A stretch of DNA of 64,000 bases from IMG/VR virus record IMGVR_UViG_3300013099_000018, positions 1 through 64,000 of that record. One strand, 5' to 3'. Source of the stretch: a virus. The position numbers were made by a program, and so were the translations under genes. A model generated the notes under the pieces. That model was not told where the DNA came from, made no database searches, and saw only the letters and a list, made by a program, of their open reading frames with translations. Shown piece after piece: positions 27,121-36,146 of this stretch (within the stretch, counting starts at the first letter, position 1; each line of letters opens with the position of its first letter).

Positions 27121-28407
27121 TTACTTTTGAGATGCTTCAATATCTACTACTGTCTTGAATTTATTTACAGTAGATATTATTTCTCTGAGTATTTGTTCAT
27201 CACAACCCATTCTTTTGTATTTTAGAATTAAATCGTCATCCGTTAGAAGTCTTTTCCATTGTTTGTGTTTTTTATGAGGCTTATAATGCATATAAACGTA
27301 TTCCTTTGCAAATGCTATATACCCTAATCTGAAATTACCATGAACACCATATTTGTTGAGGATAGGTTTAACATGCTCAATAATATTCTGTAACCTTGCT
27401 TGATGTTTGCCACCTTCCCATTTCATCTTATCTCTCTTCTGCAAGAAGAAGACTCTTTGGTATAGTGTATGCTTTGGTGGTGGAATGTGTTTCGTAATTT
27501 CTCTTATCTCTGGTCTTACTTCTACGTCTAAACCTTTTGTAATTGGGGTCTTTGATGAACGTTGCTTGAAGAATTTAACTTTCCAAGCGAGTGTTTTGGA
27601 TAGAGGTCTCAGATGCTTCTCCTTGTACTCCTTCTCTTTAGGTATTACTCTGGCATAATTCACTCTTGCGTAGTTTACTTGGGTTTCATAAGGGAATTTG
27701 GTGTAGATTGTTCTTTCTGTCTTGAAGTCATCTATATATCTCATTTTACCTAAAGCCATCTTGTAACGTCTTCTTTTGATTGGTTTCATGACTTTGGCAA
27801 CTCCTACTACTGTGAATCCAACATAAGAACAATTCAATATTTTACCTTCTACTTTCATTAGTGTTTCAAGCATTGCATCAATGTAACCACTACTTACACC
27901 TTTCTTTGACAGAATTTCCTTGTGAGCCTCTAAGTAGTTTTTTAGTGCTTGGCTTACTTTCTTATAAGCGGGAATGCTCTTCTCAGTAGTTTGATATCTC
28001 ATGTTCCAAATAAACCTTGCAAGGTCTTTCCAGAGTATTTCTGGAGGGTCATAAACTCCTTGATTGTATTTCGTTTTACCATAGTAAGCTTTGGGTATTG
28101 GTTGCCAATCAACTAAAAAATCAGGCATAGCTAAATCAATCTCAAATTTAGGAAGGTTAAACTCGATTGCTAAATCCAAATCTAACTTGAGATAGTCAAA
28201 AGCATCAAGAGGGAAATGTAAATCTACCGCTAAGTAAAAATCAAGCAAGAAATTAAAACTGAGGTTGAAACCAATAGATAAGTCTATTTTCGGTAGTCTA
28301 AATTCCCATCTAAGCATGTTTAAGCTTATCCAGTCTAAGCTTGTTGTAAAATCAATGTATTTCTCTTTACGGTCAATTATGCTTTCAAAAGGGTCTTTCC
28401 TAATCAT
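27121..28407 (-). CDS. minor structural protein with a C-terminal SIRV2-type MCP-fold domain
   Basis: VKPILNKYGVHGNFRLGYIAFAKE...KYKRMGCDEQILREII aligns with the MCP paralogues. Confidence 0.7.
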   Translation of the reverse strand: MIRKDPFESIIDRKEKYIDFTTSLDWISLNMLRWEFRLPKIDLSIGFNLSFNFLLDFYLAVDLHFPLDAFDYLKLDLDLAIEFNLPKFEIDLAMPDFLVDWQPIPKAYYGKTKYNQGVYDPPEILWKDLARFIWNMRYQTTEKSIPAYKKVSQALKNYLEAHKEILSKKGVSSGYIDAMLETLMKVEGKILNCSYVGFTVVGVAKVMKPIKRRRYKMALGKMRYIDDFKTERTIYTKFPYETQVNYARVNYARVIPKEKEYKEKHLRPLSKTLAWKVKFFKQRSSKTPITKGLDVEVRPEIREITKHIPPPKHTLYQRVFFLQKRDKMKWEGGKHQARLQNIIEHVKPILNKYGVHGNFRLGYIAFAKEYVYMHYKPHKKHKQWKRLLTDDDLILKYKRMGCDEQILREIISTVNKFKTVVDIEASQK

Positions 28408-28413
28408 ATTAAA

Positions 28414-29526
28414 TCACTTTATTTCGATTATCCAATCCAAACCATGCTTTACATAATCTATTAAATCTCTTGGAATTGCCAACTTAAGTTCTCTCATTAG
28501 TTCGGCATATTTAACATGATAATCCCAGTTCTTTGTCCACTCTCTTGCCTTTGTACAATATTCTTGATATTCGTCTTTGTGGTTTTTGTAAATGTCAATT
28601 GCGTAAGCAATCATTTCGGCGAGCATGTCTGGAGTGAAGATATGAAATATCCAATATTGATACATGTTACATTTTACTGCTTGCTTATCGATGTAATTGA
28701 ACATGAAATTGAAATCTGGTGAGGTAAATTCATTCATTGGGGGAGCATCTACGTGTATTACTGGTTTACTCACAGCATTTGCCTCAAGGACTGGAAGTCC
28801 AAAACCTTCACTGAATGCAGGATGAATGAGGAAATCACAGCAAGCCATATAGCCTAAAATGAATTCATGTGCTGAACCGCCAAAACCTTTTATAAACACA
28901 GCATTATTTATACCTTCAAACTTCTGTTTGGCAGAGTCTTCGGTGATTAAAAATACTACATAGTCCTTTTCGTAACCCTTCTTATTTAGAATTCTCATAG
29001 CTTCTGCTAACCCTTTAAGGTTTTTGCGAGGGTCATCTCTCGCAACTACTATGAACTTAACTCTGTCTTTTGCGTATTGTTGGATTTGCCTTCTTTGGAT
29101 TATGTTCTTCTTGTGGATTTCACCACAGAGTTTCCAGTCGATGGCATGATGAACTACATTTCTAACTTTCAACCCTACTGATTGTAAGCATTCTTTAACA
29201 AAGTTGCTTACAGCTACGAATTCGCATCTTTTTAGATTTGAATGTGCTACATTTCCCCTTGTAGGTACTCCCTCGATTGTAACGTATAGTACTTTAGGTT
29301 TTTTGCCAAGTATGTATGGGACTATAGCATCACCTATGAAATTGATAGTAGCTAATTGAAACCATATAGCTCCAGCAATATCATCGTTGTTCAAATCTTC
29401 AACTGTAATAGTAGATTTGAATACTGCATCATAACCGCATTCTTGCAATAGCTTTTTGAATAAGTTAGCTTGGTTTAACATTGATTCTGCTTGCAAAGGT
29501 GAGATATATACTACCCTACCCACCAT
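28414..29526 (-). CDS. GT4 glycosyltransferase, intein-free
   Basis: VAVSNFV, VVHHAID, DPRKNL, SEGFGLPVLEANAVSKPVI; adjacent to the MCP gene. Confidence 0.92.
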   Translation of the reverse strand: MVGRVVYISPLQAESMLNQANLFKKLLQECGYDAVFKSTITVEDLNNDDIAGAIWFQLATINFIGDAIVPYILGKKPKVLYVTIEGVPTRGNVAHSNLKRCEFVAVSNFVKECLQSVGLKVRNVVHHAIDWKLCGEIHKKNIIQRRQIQQYAKDRVKFIVVARDDPRKNLKGLAEAMRILNKKGYEKDYVVFLITEDSAKQKFEGINNAVFIKGFGGSAHEFILGYMACCDFLIHPAFSEGFGLPVLEANAVSKPVIHVDAPPMNEFTSPDFNFMFNYIDKQAVKCNMYQYWIFHIFTPDMLAEMIAYAIDIYKNHKDEYQEYCTKAREWTKNWDYHVKYAELMRELKLAIPRDLIDYVKHGLDWIIEIK

Positions 29527-29639
29527 TAACAACCATATGTTGAAACAGATAAATAAGCGTTATTATGATTAAAAGAAATTGCTTAATTAAAAAAATAAAG
29601 AAATTAAATCTTGAGTAATTAAGTGGAATTATTTAGACT

Positions 29640-30008
29640 TTAGCTGTATGCTGTTGCACCAATGACTACTTCGATAATCTTGTCAACAATGTCTGGGTCT
29701 AAGCCTTCAGCAACTGCCTTCTGCTTCCAACCATTGGCAATCTTCTGTAGAGCAAGACCACTCTGGTGTCCCTTTGCTCTGAATAAGGCTCTTGCCAAGT
29801 TCAAGTAAGGAATTCTGAAGTTTCCGAAGATTCCGTTCTCGTCAAGGATGTCTCTGACCTTCTTTTCCATGTCGGTTAGTGTTGCCTGTCCTCTCTGTTG
29901 CAACTGAACCATCTTGTTCTTTCTAGTCTCGAACTTGGTCTTGACTACGTCTGGTATAACTGCAAGGTTATAGTTCTCTACCCTGTCCGTAAAGTCCCTA
30001 TATGGCAT
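29640..30008 (-). CDS. major capsid protein, SIRV2/Adnaviria four-helix-bundle type
   Basis: VRDILDENGIFGNFRIPYLNLARAL...GLDPDIVDKIIEVV resembles the rudivirus MCP pattern VxxVLxxxGIxGxxRxxY...NPxVLDAVV (from memory); 122 aa; very strong SD. Confidence 0.82.
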   Translation of the reverse strand: MPYRDFTDRVENYNLAVIPDVVKTKFETRKNKMVQLQQRGQATLTDMEKKVRDILDENGIFGNFRIPYLNLARALFRAKGHQSGLALQKIANGWKQKAVAEGLDPDIVDKIIEVVIGATAYS

Positions 30009-30075
30009 ACCTCAACTCACCTCCTCACCTCTCCTCGTATATATTGTTAAAAAACTCAGAAATATAAATCTTTCG
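30009..30075 (-). promoter_or_regulatory. MCP promoter and multi-SD leader
   Basis: Minus strand GATTTATATTT...GAGGAGAGGTGAGGAGGTGAGTTGAGGT-ATG. Confidence 0.7.
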
Positions 30076-30159
30076 TTGAAATTATAGAATTTTTCAGATA
30101 CTAACCTATAACTTTGTAAGGTGTAAGTATTTATATCTTAGTAAGACATAGGTAGGTAT

Positions 30160-30480
30160 ATGAGATTGAGTAAAGAAGACCTTACTTACATTAAGGTATC
30201 TGAAGAAATTGAAGAAATTAAAGAGCAAGAAACAATTGAAGACAAAATAAAAAGAAAAATAAAAGAAGAATTACCACACCTTTCGCAAGAAGAACTTGAA
30301 AAAGTCGTAAAAAACCTCTTAACAGACTTAGCACAAGCAGAAAGCCGTAAGGCATACGCTATAAACATTTTACACAGAACGAAGAAATATGTTCAAGGCT
30401 ATCTTAAGAACTATAGACTTGAAATTGAAGTTGTAGATAATAGATACCCATTAGAGTTGCATGTTAAAGTATATTACTAA
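30160..30480 (+). CDS. hypothetical protein
   Basis: 106 aa; TTTATAT box about 24 nt upstream; divergent from the MCP gene. Confidence 0.65.
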   Translation: MRLSKEDLTYIKVSEEIEEIKEQETIEDKIKRKIKEELPHLSQEELEKVVKNLLTDLAQAESRKAYAINILHRTKKYVQGYLKNYRLEIEVVDNRYPLELHVKVYY

Positions 30481-30512
30481 GGGTTAACAATAAAGAATTA
30501 AAAATAAAAAAG

Positions 30513-30692
30513 TTACTTGTAGGGTTCAAACTTAGAACAAACATAGTTTGGATGTTTGTAGAATGGTCTATCTGAATAGGTGCATAAACCAGTACACTCG
30601 GTTACTGGTTTCCAGTATTTGCAAACCATGCACCTTCTGTCTGGTTTTCCCTTATTTATTACTCTGTCAAGAATTTCTTTTATGGAAGACAT
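30513..30692 (-). CDS. small Cys-rich protein (CxxCxxW...GxC...C)
   Basis: CMVCKYWKP...TGLC...VCSKF; start placed at the inner ATG (track 30707). Confidence 0.55.
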   Translation of the reverse strand: MSSIKEILDRVINKGKPDRRCMVCKYWKPVTECTGLCTYSDRPFYKHPNYVCSKFEPYK

Positions 30693-30852
30693 GTTTAATG
30701 ACTTCATACAGCTTTACAATACCAACCATTATTCCAGTATATACTAAAGCTGTAAATGCTATCATTGCTGATAATAGAGTAAAGATGGCGTAAGTTCCAG
30801 CCATTACTGTTAAGCCTCTTAATAGTAAATCTAAGTCTAAGGGTATCACCAC
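30667..30852 (-). CDS. small membrane protein
   Basis: Long hydrophobic stretch; GAGGTGG SD. Confidence 0.55.
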   Translation of the reverse strand: MVIPLDLDLLLRGLTVMAGTYAIFTLLSAMIAFTALVYTGIMVGIVKLYEVIKHVFHKRNS

Positions 30853-30864
30853 TATGCCACCTCT

Positions 30865-31071
30865 TCAATCTTTATAAACATCGAATTCAAGCTTGATTCT
30901 TTTTCCTGAGCCAACCAAGTAATGTTGCTTTCTTGCGAAATCGCAACACTCCCAGAATCCATAATCAAATAACTTTCTTTTATTATGCTTGCTGTTTGGG
31001 TCTCCTTTAAGATTAATGTGAGGGATGTACTCAATTGTTCCACAAATCCTACATTTAATCCAGATTGCCAT
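30865..31071 (-). CDS. small zinc-binding protein
   Basis: CRICG...ECCD; GGTGGTGA SD before ATG (track 31080). Confidence 0.55.
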   Translation of the reverse strand: MAIWIKCRICGTIEYIPHINLKGDPNSKHNKRKLFDYGFWECCDFARKQHYLVGSGKRIKLEFDVYKD

Positions 31072-31091
31072 TTTCACCACCTTTAAAAATA

Positions 31092-31529
31092 TTAAGGAAA
31101 TAGAATTTTAACCATTGCAAACTTTGTTTCATCGTTTAAGTTTGCTTTGTTTTTTCCTGTTGGATTCTCTATGAATTTCTCTAGTGCTTTCTTTACATTC
31201 CCCATGTCAATTCCTAACCTCTCCTCTATCTGGTCAATTGTTCTCATTGTCATGTTCATGTATTCCCTTATTTTACCTTCATCATCGAATTCATCAACAA
31301 TTGTTTTTAAAGAAGCTATTGAGTTTACCAATTTGAATGCATACCAGATGTTTCTATCTATGTCGTATCCCCAATGGTACTTCTTTTCTTTCTGACCATA
31401 TTTTTGCTCCTTTGCAAATTGCCTTATTGCTAATTCGACTACTTTGTACTTTTTCCAACCTCTTCTTCTTGCTATTTCATCTATTATTTGCTTTACATCT
31501 TCTTTAACACCTACAGTCTTGAACACCAT
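31092..31529 (-). CDS. ribbon-helix-helix (CopG-like) transcription regulator with a C-terminal helical domain
   Basis: KTVGVKEDVKQIIDEIARRRGWKKYKVVELAIRQF. Confidence 0.7.
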   Translation of the reverse strand: MVFKTVGVKEDVKQIIDEIARRRGWKKYKVVELAIRQFAKEQKYGQKEKKYHWGYDIDRNIWYAFKLVNSIASLKTIVDEFDDEGKIREYMNMTMRTIDQIEERLGIDMGNVKKALEKFIENPTGKNKANLNDETKFAMVKILFP

Positions 31530-31773
31530 CTTACACCACCTCTATACAATATTTGTGGCATTAATGGTATATAAAGTTTTCGAAATACTACTACGTAGTA
31601 GGTTTAAAAATTAGGGTGTTAACTGACTCCGAGACCAGTTCAGAAATATTAACACTAAATCACAATATGTTAAGAATGCTATAAGACTAAAACCAATTCT
31701 TGTTGACATCCTTAATATCGTTATTGTCAATAGTATTATTTAGTAAGAACTTGCACGGAGCAAGTTCAGAAAA

Positions 31774-31995
31774 TTAGTTGTGTAATAATAACGAAACGAA
31801 AGAATACCCTATAAAGAATTCGCATAAATCTCCGACAAAATGGGCTGGAGTTTCTTCTTTTCTTCCATACTTGTAGCAGAACTCTATGAGTTCATAGAAT
31901 AGAAAGATTATGAAAAAGGAAATGTGGAAATAAGCTAATATGCCTAATAGAGTATGTCCAATGCTAAATTTGTCATCGTAAATTTCTACTTTCAT
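31774..31995 (-). CDS. small integral membrane protein
   Basis: DKFSIGHTLLG...YELIEF...GDL within hydrophobic helices. Confidence 0.55.
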   Translation of the reverse strand: MKVEIYDDKFSIGHTLLGILAYFHISFFIIFLFYELIEFCYKYGRKEETPAHFVGDLCEFFIGYSFVSLLLHN

Positions 31996-32034
31996 GAGCT
32001 TAGTTTTATTAAGAGGTTTACTTAACCTTTGTCA

Positions 32035-32409
32035 ATGGTTACGTATTACTACAGAAGAGGATATGTTTTGGAAACAGACATAATGAAAGAATTAGAAAAG
32101 CGAGGGTTTTATGTTATAAGAAGTGCTGGCTCACATAGACTTTGCGATTTAATAGCCATTCCAAATAAGAATATGCTTGATAATAAGCCTCTATGTATCC
32201 AATGCAAGAAAACTACAAAGCCAAATCAGTTACCTAAGATTAGTAGAAAGGAGCTTGAAATGCTTAAGAAACTTGAGAAAGAGTACAATGTTAAGGTTCT
32301 GTTAGGATTAAGGTATAGGTTTAAGGGTAGATGGATTACAGTGTTAGTAACTCCAGATGAGTATTTAGCTAAAAAAGCTAAATTAAAGAATAAAAAAGTT
32401 AAGAATTAA
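32035..32409 (+). CDS. hjc: archaeal-type Holliday junction resolvase
   Basis: YRRGYVLETDIMKELEKRGFYVIRSAGS...DLIAI...IQCK: Hjc PD-(D/E)xK signature, with Q at the E position. Confidence 0.85.
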   Translation: MVTYYYRRGYVLETDIMKELEKRGFYVIRSAGSHRLCDLIAIPNKNMLDNKPLCIQCKKTTKPNQLPKISRKELEMLKKLEKEYNVKVLLGLRYRFKGRWITVLVTPDEYLAKKAKLKNKKVKN

Positions 32410-32756
32410 GCAATTCTTTTGATTAGTCTAAAAACGATTTTACCATTATCGTATAACTCCTTTAACTCTTTCTCATTTAATACTTTGCCTTCCTGTATTC
32501 TTATTAAGAACTGTGTGGCTAATGCTTCGTCTCCTACACCCATATCAACTACTATTCTGTTTGGCTTTATCTCAACGCCTAATAGTTCGCTTAGCAATTT
32601 TGCCGTGCTTTCGTGTCCTACAGCACTAATAAAGTCTCCCTTTTTGACCCATTCCTTAGCCTCTTCAAGGCTAATCCTTTTACTGCTTATAGTAAACTCA
32701 TCTGCCGAACATGGCATTACCGATGCACTTAATATATACCTCTTACCATCGCCCAT
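32406..32756 (-). CDS. acrIII-1: anti-CRISPR ring nuclease AcrIII-1 (DUF1874 family)
   Basis: ISAVGHESTAKLLSELLG...NRIVV...RIQEGKVLNEKEL: the GH, NR and RxxEG motifs of DUF1874. Confidence 0.9.
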   Translation of the reverse strand: MGDGKRYILSASVMPCSADEFTISSKRISLEEAKEWVKKGDFISAVGHESTAKLLSELLGVEIKPNRIVVDMGVGDEALATQFLIRIQEGKVLNEKELKELYDNGKIVFRLIKRIA

Positions 32757-33028
32757 ATATATCACCTACACAAGATAGGTGTAAAAGATATATAAAGTTT
32801 ATGGTATAAGAGATGCCACCAACATGTCTATCATCCTTGAGCTTCATTAGATTCGACAATGCATACATTTACATTATTGCGTTGAAATACTCTCAATGCT
32901 CTACAAGTTATCTCTGAATTACGGTGGATTCTGTGATATTTTCTAAACACCTTGTAGTACATATGGGGTAACCGCTTGAGCATACTTGGAATTAGTGTAA
33001 ACAATATATAAAGTTTGCGTTATAATCC

Positions 33029-33526
33029 TTAGATGTCGACATATACATCCACTCCAGCTTTCTTTAACTCATCAAGGATTTCATTAGATGGCTCAATCTC
33101 AAAATAGAGATGGCTAAGATGTTCATAGGCATGGCGTTTGTAGCAATGCAAAACTATTTTCCCGTTTTGAATTATAGCTTCAAGAATATCATATCGTTTA
33201 CCATCCAACACTAATTGTACTCTCTTGCGTTTGCATTTCTCATAGGCTAAATTCTTGCATATCTCTTTGTATTGTCTGTATTTCTTCTTGCTATCTCCCG
33301 TTTTACCTTGTTTTGTTGGAGATAAACCAAAAAGGATTGCATGTTCAATACTTGAAAAGCTCTTTTGGTAGAAATGACCAATTACGTTTTTGTACGTTTT
33401 TTTGCAAATAGGACAATAGCTATGTGCAGACATTCGAAAGTGAGTTACCAAACCATAGAAAGTCGTGAAATACTTTTTGCAAACTGGACATACGAAAATT
33501 TCTTCATCCAGAATTTCAATCTTCAT
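33029..33526 (-). CDS. C2H2 zinc-finger protein
   Basis: CPVCKKYF...HFRMSAH, CPICK...H; the N-terminal part is paralogous to 39017..39292. Confidence 0.75.
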   Translation of the reverse strand: MKIEILDEEIFVCPVCKKYFTTFYGLVTHFRMSAHSYCPICKKTYKNVIGHFYQKSFSSIEHAILFGLSPTKQGKTGDSKKKYRQYKEICKNLAYEKCKRKRVQLVLDGKRYDILEAIIQNGKIVLHCYKRHAYEHLSHLYFEIEPSNEILDELKKAGVDVYVDI

Positions 33527-33544
33527 AATATCACCCTATACCTT

Positions 33545-34198
33545 CTAAACAGATAGTTCCGAATCACTAACACATATGTTTTTGAACGGGCAATCTTTAC
33601 AATATGTTTTTCTTGCCGAGATTGATATGTTACATGGTGGTGGAACATCTTTATCTAAAGCGTATTTCAGAATCTTGGCTTTCTCCATCGTATGGTAAAA
33701 CAAATCCGCATTACCGTAATAATCGAATATTCTAACTCCAAGTTGGGTTCTTGAGATATAAACGATTAAACCCTTGGGAACGTTAAATATGTGTAAGTAT
33801 GCGTTTAATTGTTCAAGATGTGTTTTGTAAGGTGAATATGGTAGTTTATTGCATGTTTTTAGCTCTACAACTACATCGTTAGCTAAGACATCTGGTGTGG
33901 CTTGGATTTCAATTCCTTGATATTTGTAAGTTGTTCGTACCTCTCTTTTGCCATTTAGGTATTCTGCTATTACTGGCGTTAATAGCTCATGAACTATAAC
34001 TCCAAATAATATTCTAAATGCTGTTTTTTCATCCATAGGAAATCCGTATTTTTTAGTGTAGTAGCTCTTTCTAAGGCATGTCGTTAAATCGGTTATATGG
34101 ATAGTGTCTCTTTTGTTTATTTGATACTCTTTTACTGATTCAAGAATTGCTTGCCTTATTAAATCTTCAAGTTCTTTCAATTTTAGCCACCTCTTCAA
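33545..34198 (-). CDS. Cas4-like PD-(D/E)xK nuclease with Fe-S cysteines
   Basis: ITDLTTCLRKSYY, GVIVHE, TPDV...VELKT, QLNAY, CKDCPFKNIC. Confidence 0.85.
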   Translation of the reverse strand: MKRWLKLKELEDLIRQAILESVKEYQINKRDTIHITDLTTCLRKSYYTKKYGFPMDEKTAFRILFGVIVHELLTPVIAEYLNGKREVRTTYKYQGIEIQATPDVLANDVVVELKTCNKLPYSPYKTHLEQLNAYLHIFNVPKGLIVYISRTQLGVRIFDYYGNADLFYHTMEKAKILKYALDKDVPPPCNISISARKTYCKDCPFKNICVSDSELSV

Positions 34199-34742
34199 CT
34201 ATTTCTACCAATTTGTTTTTACTAATTAGCTTCTTTTGAATGTTATAGTTCTTCGTTAGATAGAGTAGTCTTTTAGTTGTTATTAATTCAAAGTCATCTA
34301 TTTCAATTGCAAATTTTGCTTTGTCTTTGTAAGGAGATTGACAAGTGAAAACGTAGAACTCACTATACATTGGTTTTGGTGGATGTATTTCGAAGACTGC
34401 TGGATGAAATATCACTGGATACGTGAAACATTGAAATGGTTTGATGTCGTGGATTGAACATTTACCGTTGTCATAAAATATACAGTAGTGTTTATTATTG
34501 ACTTTCTTCGTTTTGATGGAGACTGATAGTCTATTTTTCTCGATTACGAACACTTCTGAGAATTTCTTTTTGGTGTGTTTTAGAATTCTAATCATTTCTG
34601 GGATTGTTACCAAAATCCTTCTATTGTTGCAACACCAACCACATTGCTGACATGGTTTAATCTCAGTTATTGATTTCTTTGCTTTGTCGTAGATTTGTGA
34701 ATCTTCATCTACCAGAAGCTTAATATCTTCTACGTATTGCAT
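34167..34742 (-). CDS. YkgJ/CxxCxxCC-family cysteine cluster protein
   Basis: CQQCGWCC...CIFY...CSIH..KPFQCFTYP. Confidence 0.85.
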   Translation of the reverse strand: MQYVEDIKLLVDEDSQIYDKAKKSITEIKPCQQCGWCCNNRRILVTIPEMIRILKHTKKKFSEVFVIEKNRLSVSIKTKKVNNKHYCIFYDNGKCSIHDIKPFQCFTYPVIFHPAVFEIHPPKPMYSEFYVFTCQSPYKDKAKFAIEIDDFELITTKRLLYLTKNYNIQKKLISKNKLVEIVEEVAKIERT

Positions 34743-34789
34743 TTAAAACACCTACAAAGATTATTTTAAAAAATAACAGAAATCTAAAG

Positions 34790-35026
34790 CTATAGAGTTC
34801 TTATAACTCCTTGCTGAATCCAGTTATCGATTTCATCCAATGTTGGACACAAGTGTGGTAGTTTATAGTGGTGTAGCCATCTCATGAGGTTCTTTAAGTC
34901 AGATAAGGTTCTATTTATTTTGAGAGCATAGAGCCTAACTAAAAGAGAACATCTGCATGGTTCAGTTATGTTTGCCTTTTCTATCTCTTCCTCAATATAC
35001 TCCAGCCAATCTTCAAATGATTTCAT
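34790..35026 (-). CDS. hypothetical protein
   Basis: 78 aa; GAGGTGA SD. Confidence 0.6.
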   Translation of the reverse strand: MKSFEDWLEYIEEEIEKANITEPCRCSLLVRLYALKINRTLSDLKNLMRWLHHYKLPHLCPTLDEIDNWIQQGVIRTL

Positions 35027-35040
35027 GTCAAATCACCTCG

Positions 35041-35292
35041 CTACTTAACAATCCACTTTCTAACCCTTTTTCTTTCTACAATCTTTGCCTTCTTCAGAAT
35101 GTTCTCTACGATTTCTCTGTTTTCCTCTCTTAGCTCCTTGAAATAGTCTTCTCCGTATTTTTCAAAGACTTTTCGTACTCCTTCCAGAACTATCTGCCTT
35201 AGATTTGGATATTCCTCTTTAGCGACTAGAAGTACCATGTTAATGTAGTCCTCTACTGGTATTTCCACATGCAACTTCACCAACTTCCCCAT
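35041..35292 (-). CDS. RHH-like DNA-binding protein
   Basis: LHVEIPVEDYINMVLLVAKEEYPNLRQIVLEGVR resembles CopG/ParD-type RHH. Confidence 0.6.
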   Translation of the reverse strand: MGKLVKLHVEIPVEDYINMVLLVAKEEYPNLRQIVLEGVRKVFEKYGEDYFKELREENREIVENILKKAKIVERKRVRKWIVK

Positions 35293-35346
35293 GATATAAG
35301 ATAGGTGTAAGAACTATATAATATTTGTGGTAGTATTAGTGTAAAC

Positions 35347-35538
35347 TCAGAGGAGTCTAAAACCGCTACTTTCAGTTTTTGTTGGAGATTCACCAACGTA
35401 TTTCTTCCATTGCGATGGTGTCATTTCGTATTTGACATAGTACCTACATGCTTTCCAGTTGTCATCGCTTAAACAGTACTCTGTGTAGTGCTTATAATCC
35501 ACTTTAGCTGGACAGAACTCAATATTTGGACATGGCAT
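35347..35538 (-). CDS. small Cys-containing protein
   Basis: CPNIEFCP...YCLSDDNWKACRYY. Confidence 0.55.
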   Translation of the reverse strand: MPCPNIEFCPAKVDYKHYTEYCLSDDNWKACRYYVKYEMTPSQWKKYVGESPTKTESSGFRLL

Positions 35539-35610
35539 ACAATTAGTAGTATTGATTAAAGGTATTTTAAAATAGTGGTGTTGTTTAAAAATTATAAAAA
35601 ATAAAAGAAA

Positions 35611-35748
35611 CTAATCAATTGGATATTGCTCAAGCATTTCTAATCTCTTTTTTCTGCAATCTGGACAGATGTAGAACTTGTATTTTCCAACTGGTGTTCT
35701 GAGTTCGATAGTACCTTCGTTTACACCGCAAACATAGCAAATTGGCAT
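35611..35748 (-). CDS. small zinc-finger protein (45 aa)
   Basis: Below the track cutoff: MPICYVCG...YICPDCRKK; AGGTGA SD. Confidence 0.6.
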   Translation of the reverse strand: MPICYVCGVNEGTIELRTPVGKYKFYICPDCRKKRLEMLEQYPID

Positions 35749-35754
35749 AGAATA

Positions 35755-36120
35755 TCACCTTCCATTGTTCCTTAAAGCTTCAATCTGTTTTTTGAATATA
35801 TCTTTTCTAAGCTCTTTAAGCTTGTGGAGTTCATATTCATTTAAAGTTATCTTTGGTAACTTGAGTTTTTCAGCATGTGCTGGAAAGAATTTTCTAAAGA
35901 GGTAAACGTATATTCTAAACCATGTTTCGTCTAATGGTGCTAATTTAGATGCTGAAAATATGGCTATCAATGCTTCAAACTCTGTAGCCATTCTGTTTTT
36001 GAAGCATTCCTCAACTTCTGCAATTCTGTAGAACATTGCAGTTGTTTTGAGGCGTTCTGGAACGTCTATACCTACTATAGGAGCAAACAATACATACTTT
36101 ATAAACCCCTTAACCTTCAT
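35755..36120 (-). CDS. hypothetical protein
   Basis: 121 aa; own promoter and GGTGA SD. Confidence 0.65.
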   Translation of the reverse strand: MKVKGFIKYVLFAPIVGIDVPERLKTTAMFYRIAEVEECFKNRMATEFEALIAIFSASKLAPLDETWFRIYVYLFRKFFPAHAEKLKLPKITLNEYELHKLKELRKDIFKKQIEALRNNGR

Positions 36121-36146
36121 ACTATCACCATATAATATTTGAGGTA

